A DNA stretch of 55,866 bases from Deltaproteobacteria bacterium (GTDB lineage Bacteria > Desulfobacterota > Desulfarculia > Adiutricales > Adiutricaceae). The notes beneath the pieces are model-generated. The model was not told where the DNA came from. It searched no databases and saw nothing but the letters and a program-made list of their open reading frames with translations. The stretch spans positions 1 to 55,866 of the forward strand of contig JAIROO010000330.1 of assembly GCA_031257535.1 (NCBI GenBank), given 5' to 3'. Both the position numbers and the translations under genes were made by a program. Positions 49,191 through 55,866 of the stretch are shown piece by piece (within the stretch, counting starts at the first letter, position 1; every line of letters begins with the position of its first letter).

Positions 49191-51053
49191 ATGAATAAAA
49201 GACCTTTACAATTTAAGATAAAAACAATTATTTTAATTGTGCTATGCTTAGTTATTTATGTTGAGCTAAAACATATCATTAAAGTCCGAAATTTACGTAA
49301 AGCGCAACAAGAGTATAATAAAAATTTTAACGATCAACGCATATTTACCGACCACAAGAAAATAGTCCAAATACACGCGAACGAAGGAAACAGTGACTCA
49401 CAGTTTTATCTTGGCCTTAAGCATTTGAAGGGCGAAGGCGTTCCCAAAGATAACGCCAAAGCCGCTGAATGGTTCCAAAAAGCCGCGGATCAAGGAAACA
49501 ACCTCGCTCTAGTTTATTTGGCCATAATGTACTCAAATGGCGATGGCGTTCCCAAAGACGAGGCCAAGGCCGCTTTACGCTACCAAAAAGCCGCGGATCA
49601 AGGAAACGCTTTCGCTCAATTTAATATTGGCCAATTTTACGAAAAAGGCAATGTTTTCCCCAAAGATATGACTAAAGCCGCGGAATGGTACCAAAAAGCC
49701 GCAGAACAAGGAAACGTTTTCGCTCAATATAATCTTGGTAGACTATACCAAAGAGCCCAAGGCGTTAGTCTAAGCCTTGCCAAAGCCGCGGAATGGTACC
49801 AAAAAGCCGCGGATCAAGGAAACGCTTCCGCGCGATATGAGCTTGGGTTCCTTTATGATTACAGCGCGGGCTTTACCCATGACGCCGCCAAGGCCATAGA
49901 ATTGTACCAAAAAGCCGCGGCTCAGGGACACCCTAAAGCTCAGGCTATTCTCGCCAAAATTTACTCGCATGGCCTTGGCCTTCCAAAAGACATGGACAAG
50001 GCCGTGGATTTGTACCAAAAAGCCGCCGCTAAAGGACTCCATTCCGCTCAGGTTAATCTTGGCCGGCTTTACGAAAACGGCGGCGAAGGAGTCGCCCAAG
50101 ACAAGTCAAAGGCCGCGGAGTGGTATCAAAAAGCCGCGACCCAAGGGCTGGCCAACGCCCAATTTAATCTGGCCGTAATGAGCGCTAATGGCGATGGCGC
50201 GCCCAAAGACATGGTCAAAGCCGCGGAATTGTTCAAAAAAGCCGCGTATCAAGATAACGTTTCCGTTCAGTTTAATCTTGGCTGGCTCTACGAAAACGGC
50301 GAAGGCGTCGACCAAAACAAGCTAAAGGCCGCGGAATGGTACCAAAGCGCCGCGAATCTAGGGCACGTTGAAGCCCTTTTTAGTCTCGCGAAAATGTTCG
50401 AAAATGGCGATGGCGTTCCCAAAGACCTGGCTAAAGCCATGGAATTACGCCAAAAAGCCGCGAATCGAGGGCACGCCGAAGCTCAGGTAAATCTTGACGT
50501 AATGAAGTCTAATGGCGATGGCGTGCCCAAAGACCTGGCCAAGAGGGCGGAATGGCTCAAAAAAGCCGCGCTAAAAGGGGACGCCGTCGCTCAAAATATT
50601 CTTGGCTGGCAATACGAATACGGCCAAGGCATCCCAAAGGAAAAGCCAAAGGCGGCTTTTTGGTATAAAAAAGCCGCGGAACAAGGGCTCGCCGGCGCTC
50701 AGTTTAATGTTGGCCGGCTATACGAATATGGCGAAGGAGTCCACCAGGACGACGCCAAGGCCGTGGAATGGTACCAAAAAGCCGCGGATCAAGGGCTCGT
50801 CGAAGCTCAGTTTAAGCTCGCGAAAAAGCGCTATAATGGCGATGGCGTTCAAAGAGACTCGGCCAAAGCCGCGGTATGGTTCCAAAAAGCCGCGGAGCAA
50901 GGGCTCGCTGAAGCCCAGTTTGAACTCGCTCTAATGTATTTATATGGCTTAGGCATTCCAGAAGACAAGTCTAAGGCCGTTTTTTGGCTGCGAAAAGCCG
51001 CGGATCAAGGGTACGCTTTAGCGCAAAAAAATCTTGATAAGCTGTCCAAATAA
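49191..51053 (+). CDS. Sel1-like repeat protein, about 16 tandem SLR units, N-terminal TM anchor
   Basis: 620-aa ORF with the N-terminal hydrophobic segment IKTIILIVLCLVIYV. It then shows a regular ~36-aa periodicity (AAEWYQKAADQGNxxAQxNLGxLYExGxGVxxDxxK). The DNA repeats at the same ~108-nt period. Confidence 0.85.
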   Translation: MNKRPLQFKIKTIILIVLCLVIYVELKHIIKVRNLRKAQQEYNKNFNDQRIFTDHKKIVQIHANEGNSDSQFYLGLKHLKGEGVPKDNAKAAEWFQKAADQGNNLALVYLAIMYSNGDGVPKDEAKAALRYQKAADQGNAFAQFNIGQFYEKGNVFPKDMTKAAEWYQKAAEQGNVFAQYNLGRLYQRAQGVSLSLAKAAEWYQKAADQGNASARYELGFLYDYSAGFTHDAAKAIELYQKAAAQGHPKAQAILAKIYSHGLGLPKDMDKAVDLYQKAAAKGLHSAQVNLGRLYENGGEGVAQDKSKAAEWYQKAATQGLANAQFNLAVMSANGDGAPKDMVKAAELFKKAAYQDNVSVQFNLGWLYENGEGVDQNKLKAAEWYQSAANLGHVEALFSLAKMFENGDGVPKDLAKAMELRQKAANRGHAEAQVNLDVMKSNGDGVPKDLAKRAEWLKKAALKGDAVAQNILGWQYEYGQGIPKEKPKAAFWYKKAAEQGLAGAQFNVGRLYEYGEGVHQDDAKAVEWYQKAADQGLVEAQFKLAKKRYNGDGVQRDSAKAAVWFQKAAEQGLAEAQFELALMYLYGLGIPEDKSKAVFWLRKAADQGYALAQKNLDKLSK

Positions 51054-52002
51054 GGGTAAAGCGTCTTAAATTCGTTAAAGAGAAGCCGATAGTAAAGATC
51101 ATAAATGTTCTAGCCTAAGGATTTCACTAGATCGTTTTTTTTGTGGGCTCGCTTACTTTCGTAAAGTTGAACATAGAGTCAATTTCAGGACTAAGATCGT
51201 TAATATTGACATACTTACAGTTGATTATATTATCCTCGGCCTTTTCGGATTGTTTTACAGTCTAAATATACTATATAGATAAGTCTTTATCAACATTAAA
51301 ATCAAAATGTTTAAAATTTTTTGCTCAAGGCTCGCTTTGGCTCGCTTGGCTCCCTCCAGTCGGTCGTCAATGGCTCCGGACTGTAAACAAGAGGAGTCAT
51401 AAATCTCGCCTGACTTTTGGCAAAATTTGGCCCAATCATAGAAAGATATTTCCCTAAACCCGTAAGAGCGCGTCCTTATCCTAATCAGCGCTAGGCGCGT
51501 CCTATTTATTAAAATAATCCGCGCGTTCAAGTCCTATTTAATTGAGGAGCCCCTCGCGTCAATCGCGCCAGCGGGGATCCGCGCGGGGGGCCTGAAAGGG
51601 CTTTCCTACCGCGACTTAAAAATTTGATTCGTACGATTGCTTTAATAATGTAATTACGATATTTTATGCTAAATAAGACAGCTTAAGCCAATATAATATA
51701 TATAAATTTGCCTAAAGAGGAGAGCGTAAGAAGCGATTGAATGAACCTTTATAAATTTATTTAGATCTTTTAAGTTCATTTTCAACAAAGCTATTGATTA
51801 CTTGCCATACATATGAATATATTTACTTTATGAAGAATCTTTAGATCGATAAAGGTCAATATAGTTAGCTTTAAATCACAATCTTTGGTTTTAATATAAG
51901 TCATATAACATTATAGACTTTAAAAAATGCTTAGTTGCTATTCAAAAATGACTAAAATCTATCTGAAGATACATATAACATACATAATGCATGATTAATA
52001 CT

Positions 52003-52253
52003 TACTTGATACATACTTGTTAATGATATCAAATTCTTTTATCAAACTATGGCTATTATTTTAGTGATTAAAACAAGTCTTTAAAAGTAATAGCCAAGTA
52101 TAAGAGTGCTATAGCCGAGAAATGTCGTTTAAAAGCACATAGTACTTGTAAGAACAACATTGCGATTACCATCAAGTTAACAGCCAAAATCAGTGAGTTA
52201 AAAAAAATAAACTGGCCGCGTCCGCTTATTCCCAGATAAAAGCGCCGCAAAAA
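52003..52253 (+). repeat. ~235-nt dispersed direct repeat, copy 2
   Basis: See copy 1. This copy continues into AAAATTAGAATTGCTG, a 16-mer that also occurs at 105-120 of the window. Confidence 0.8.
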
Positions 52254-52422
52254 TTAGAATTGCTGTAAAATGCCAGCGTTATTTGATTTCCTGTGATTTT
52301 TCAGTTAAGAGCCCATCGTAACGATTCATAGTGACCGTGTCTACGCCACAAACGTTTGTTGGCGCTGTGATCATGAAAAACTAAATTCAAACAACCAAGG
52401 CAATCAAAATATTGAGGAGTCC

Positions 52423-53595
52423 ATGGAAGCTAAGTCCGCTAAACAGTTTAACACCACTGGTCCTTGCGTGCCTTTTAAGCACTACATGTTGCCAGTTTTG
52501 CCACGGTTGTCCGCAGTGGAAGACATGATTAAGGGTGAATTTTATTTTGTCGTTCACGCGCCTCGTCAGTCAGGTAAGACTACTTTTTTAGATGTTTTAA
52601 CTGATAAAATTAATTCAGAAGGCAAAATGTACGCCTTAAATGTGTCTTTAATGACTCTGCAAACAGTTACTGACGTGACAAAAGGCATGAACGTAGTAAA
52701 TGACATGCTTAATCAAGCTTTATTCTCTTCCGAGGTTGAGATCCTTAAACAAAAGGCTGACACATATAATTTATTGCCAGGGATGTCGTCTTTTGGGCGA
52801 ATGGTTAGGATGTTTCTCATTTATCTGTGCGAAGATCTAGATAAAGAGCTGGTTATTTTTTTTGATGAAGCTGATTGTCTACCAGAAGCTCCTCTTATTC
52901 CTTTTTTGGCACAGATTCGCGATGGTTACAATAATAGATATAAAAAGGGTAATAAATTTCCTCGATCAATGGCCTTAGTTGGTATGCGGGACATCAGAGA
53001 TTACTTAACTCAAGTTCGTCCAGACGAACAGTCAAAAGGCGTAGCCAGTCCTTTCAATATAAAAAAAGAAGCCTTTACGTTGCCCAATTTCACCGAAAGA
53101 GAGATTGGGACCTTATACCGGCAGCACACGGAAGCCACTGGTCAAGTTTTTGAAGATTCAGCCGTCGCTAAAGCGTGGTACTGGTCAGAAGGACAACCAT
53201 GGCTAGTCAACGCTTTGGCGGACGTTGTGATTACTAACCAACTTAGAAACGACTACAAAGCGCTCATTACCGGCCAACATATTGATCAAGCCGCTCATAT
53301 TTTAATCTTACGCAATGATACCCATTTTGATTCCATCAAACAAAGGCTTCTAGAGCCAAGAGTGAGAAGGGTAATAGAAGCGGTATTGATCGGAGCTAAT
53401 GGTTTTCCAGATGGTATTTCGGACGATGACGTGAAATATGTTATCGACCTTGGACTATTGAAAGATGACCCAACCAACTCTAATGATTTTAAAATAGCGA
53501 ATCCTCTCTATCAAGAAATTATACCAAGGTTTTTAAATTCCAAAATTCAATATAAAATTACCAAAACATTGCCAAATAATAATATTTTAAAGTGA
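52423..53595 (+). CDS. P-loop ATPase (AAA-like/ORC-Cdc6-like STAND-type NTPase domain)
   Basis: 390-aa ORF. It has the N-terminal motif FNTTGPCVPFKHYMLP, Walker A HAPRQSGKTTFL and Walker B VIFFDEADCL. It ends at a TGA that is immediately followed, in the same frame, by the next ORF. Confidence 0.75.
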   Translation: MEAKSAKQFNTTGPCVPFKHYMLPVLPRLSAVEDMIKGEFYFVVHAPRQSGKTTFLDVLTDKINSEGKMYALNVSLMTLQTVTDVTKGMNVVNDMLNQALFSSEVEILKQKADTYNLLPGMSSFGRMVRMFLIYLCEDLDKELVIFFDEADCLPEAPLIPFLAQIRDGYNNRYKKGNKFPRSMALVGMRDIRDYLTQVRPDEQSKGVASPFNIKKEAFTLPNFTEREIGTLYRQHTEATGQVFEDSAVAKAWYWSEGQPWLVNALADVVITNQLRNDYKALITGQHIDQAAHILILRNDTHFDSIKQRLLEPRVRRVIEAVLIGANGFPDGISDDDVKYVIDLGLLKDDPTNSNDFKIANPLYQEIIPRFLNSKIQYKITKTLPNNNILK

Positions 53596-54144
53596 ATGGA
53601 TGGAATTTCCCTTGATATGACTGGTCTGCTTAAGGCTTTTCAAATCTATTGGTCTGAAAATTCAGAAATGTTTTTTTCAAGTAATAAATTTGATAGCCTT
53701 GTTGATGATAGTATTGACGCGGCTTTAAGTAAAAAGAGCTTGCCTAAATACCTAGACTTTTCAACAGAGATAATTGATAATATAAAAAACAGTTTAGTCA
53801 ATCTTACTAACGAAGCGTTAACTCACTTAGTTCTTTACGCTTTTTTACAAAGAGTCTTAAATGGGGGCGTTGATTTTATCCAAAGAGAATACGCCCTTGG
53901 ATCGCTTAGGGCTGACATATGCGTCTCCTATAAAGACCTCCGTTATCCACTAGAATTGAAAATAAAAGATCATAAATCCCAAAGCGCGAGCTTAGAACAG
54001 CTTTTTGATTATATGAACAAATGCCTGGCGTCGGAAGGTTGGCTGGTCGTTTTTGACAAGGATTTCGCTAAACCATGGGACAAGAAAATTAATTGGAAAA
54101 CACGAAAATATAAAGGCAAAACTATACATATTGTCGGTTGTTAA
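53596..54144 (+). CDS. PD-(D/E)xK nuclease-fold protein (possibly the C-terminal domain of the preceding ATPase)
   Basis: 182-aa ORF containing LRADICVSYKDLRYPLELKIK, a D...E-x-K restriction-endonuclease-like core. It starts at the codon directly after the TGA of the ATPase ORF, in the same reading frame. Confidence 0.6.
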   Translation: MDGISLDMTGLLKAFQIYWSENSEMFFSSNKFDSLVDDSIDAALSKKSLPKYLDFSTEIIDNIKNSLVNLTNEALTHLVLYAFLQRVLNGGVDFIQREYALGSLRADICVSYKDLRYPLELKIKDHKSQSASLEQLFDYMNKCLASEGWLVVFDKDFAKPWDKKINWKTRKYKGKTIHIVGC

Positions 54145-54197
54145 GTTTATCTTAATTTTTCTATTTAAGCTATCTAAGTACATATTTTATTTTATAT

Positions 54198-54385
54198 CGA
54201 ATTTTTTCCGACGCGGTGTCGCGAATTTCAGGGGGTTTTAAACAACTTTTGGAGTTCAGTCTGGCCAGGTAAGCCAAGTCAAAGCCATGCTCAGCCTCAA
54301 AAATATTTTTTTCGAAGAATTTGAGGAGTCATTTTTCTACTACCCTGGTCGCCACGCGCTATTGAAAGATTTAAACTCGTTCTGA
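54198..54385 (+). pseudogene. 3'-terminal remnant of a third TonB-dependent receptor unit
   Basis: This segment aligns with the last ~250 nt of unit 1 (45217-45462), apart from an internal deletion. Shared strings include TTTTTCCGACGCGG, GCCAAGTCAAAGCCATGCTCAGC, TTCTACTACCCTGGTCG and CTCGTTCTGATTAACGCGTAATT. Homology continues into the downstream flank to about 54450. Confidence 0.8.
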
Positions 54386-54954
54386 TTAACGCGTAATTCT
54401 TTTGTCAATTTTTCGCCAAAATAATTTTAAAGATTTGGCGATTTTTTCTTTATCTAGTAATTTTCTAATATAATTGACCAAAATAAGCCTTTGGAATTTA
54501 TCGTGGGTCGATGACCCTAAAAATGGGCTAAATGACTGAGGCGAGGCGACTTATTTTTAATGGTCCGTCCTCGTCTCCTTTATTTTTGGCGTCCGATTAT
54601 CTCCTTTATTTATAGCGCGTTGGACTTCGCTCGATTACCTTCAGTTTAAATACCCGTCCGGCGATTCAATTTCGCCAAAAGTCGGGACCGACTTGGTCTA
54701 GTCATAGCGCGAACGAAGTGGCTTAAGCTTTTTGTGGACGCTCTTTTACTTCTTTATATTCATTATATAACTTAATCCTTAAATTCTATCTTTTGACGCG
54801 ACTATATATACTATATGTTGTCCCCGAGATAAGCCCGCCCCTTTTCCTCCACCCCATAAAACCTGAAGCAATATGGCATTAATTTTGCTTGTTTACTCGC
54901 GGGAAACCTAAACTAGGCAAAAATAGCCTGGGACGGTTCTAATTGGAGGCGGCC

Positions 54955-55866
54955 ATGGAAAATTTAGCTCTGGAAAACGAGGCCCCGAGTTGGGCGGAGG
55001 GTTTACGCCAAGTTCAGGAAGGGGAGCTGTTGTTCGCCGAAGGCAAGGTTAGCGAAGCTAAAGATTTGTTTCAGGCGGCCGTGGACCTTTGTCCAGGCAA
55101 CGTCCAGGGTTGGAATAATTTGGCCGTCGCCTCTCTCGCTCAAGATCATTTACCAGAAGCCGAAAAGTGCCTAAAAAAGGCCCTGGAGCTGAAACCCGAC
55201 TTTTGGGAGGCCCGTTTTAATTTAGCCGAGGTCCACGTTCAGGCTGGCCATTTGGCTAAGGCGGCTAAAGAATTTAAGAAAATCTTGGAGTTTAAACCCG
55301 ACGATTTGCCGACCGTCAAAAGGTTAGCTCAGATTTATCTAGAAATGGGGGACTCCGAAAGCGCCCGGGCCATTTTGGAGGACTCCAATAACTTGGGGGC
55401 CACCCGAGCTTTTATCGACTCTTTGTGGTTAGGGATCAAATTTTACGCCATGGTCGAGGGCCTACCCATTCGGGCTCGTTTAGAAAAACTAATCTACGCC
55501 ATTTTAAAGCTCATCGACGGCCAAGACGGGCGGAGCCAGGTTTACCGTTTAGTCGGCCAGGACCCCTTGTCTGGTCGCGAGGTGGTTTTAGAAAATTTGG
55601 CCGAGCGCTTTTACTACAAAGAATCAAGGGAGATCCAAGACGACTCGGATCAAAAGCCCTTAGGCTTGATCCTCACCATTGGCGACAACGAGGACTGGCT
55701 GGCTTTTCCTAAGGCCTTAAAAAATGAGATGCGGGCTGAGGGTGGCTGCTTAGGCGATATGACCCAGACCAAAAAAGTCCTCCGCTCCCAAGGGCGCATC
55801 CAAACGTACGATCTAAAGGCCACTTTGGATTATTTTCTGGCCAACGTCGGGCCCTGCGACTGCCAT
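54955..55866 (+). CDS. TPR-repeat protein, 5' partial (runs off the window)
   Basis: The ATG at 54955 is preceded by GGAGG. 304 codons stay open to the window edge. The N-terminal TPR-like helices include GWNNLAVASLAQDHLPEAEKCLKKALELKPDFWEARFNLAEVHVQAGHLAKAAKEFKKILEFKPDD. The ORF track misses it because no stop is reached. The listed 55425-55712 ORF is an alternative frame. Confidence 0.7.
   Translation, partial: MENLALENEAPSWAEGLRQVQEGELLFAEGKVSEAKDLFQAAVDLCPGNVQGWNNLAVASLAQDHLPEAEKCLKKALELKPDFWEARFNLAEVHVQAGHLAKAAKEFKKILEFKPDDLPTVKRLAQIYLEMGDSESARAILEDSNNLGATRAFIDSLWLGIKFYAMVEGLPIRARLEKLIYAILKLIDGQDGRSQVYRLVGQDPLSGREVVLENLAERFYYKESREIQDDSDQKPLGLILTIGDNEDWLAFPKALKNEMRAEGGCLGDMTQTKKVLRSQGRIQTYDLKATLDYFLANVGPCDCH

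Noticed and set aside
51255-51530. 91-aa minus-strand ORF
   Set aside because: No recognisable motif and no clear RBS. It spans a GC/AT junction and may be a gene fragment. Left uncalled.

Overview
This is a 55.9 kb window from a Gram-negative-type bacterium, judged from TonB-dependent receptors and a lipobox lipoprotein; I cannot assign a taxon. The backbone is mid-GC: 33/60 G+C by hand count at 1441-1500. It is interrupted by many sharply bounded, very AT-rich patches (13/60 G+C at 601-660). These patches cover intergenic DNA, IS debris and, unusually, parts of long open reading frames.

Content in order:
1. A short group II intron-like RNA remnant.
2. A minus-strand signalling cluster with three paralogous Hanks-type Ser/Thr kinases, two PP2C phosphatases, three FHA proteins (one fused to a vWA domain, one to a trypsin-like protease) and an inserted IS.
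3. Two tandem rpoB homologs. One is intact but carries substitutions in normally invariant motifs and lacks the rplL/rpoC context. The other is strongly diverged and broken by only one TAG and one frameshift.
4. rarA, coaE and a HAD phosphatase.
5. An IS graveyard next to tRNA-Gly(CCC).
6. A Sel1-repeat protein preceded by a (GATT)8 microsatellite.
7. A glycyl-radical enzyme with its activase, convergent with a NitT/TauT-type ABC importer.
8. A decaying tandem array of TonB-dependent receptors, whose last unit is replaced by about 6 kb carrying a second Sel1 protein and an ATPase/PD-(D/E)xK pair.
9. A partial TPR protein at the window edge.

The strongest candidates for something undescribed are the rpoB-like tandem pair, the kinase/PP2C/FHA/vWA/protease module with AT-rich polytopic kinase tails, and the GRE-transporter locus. 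All functional calls come from motif recognition by eye. No database search was run.
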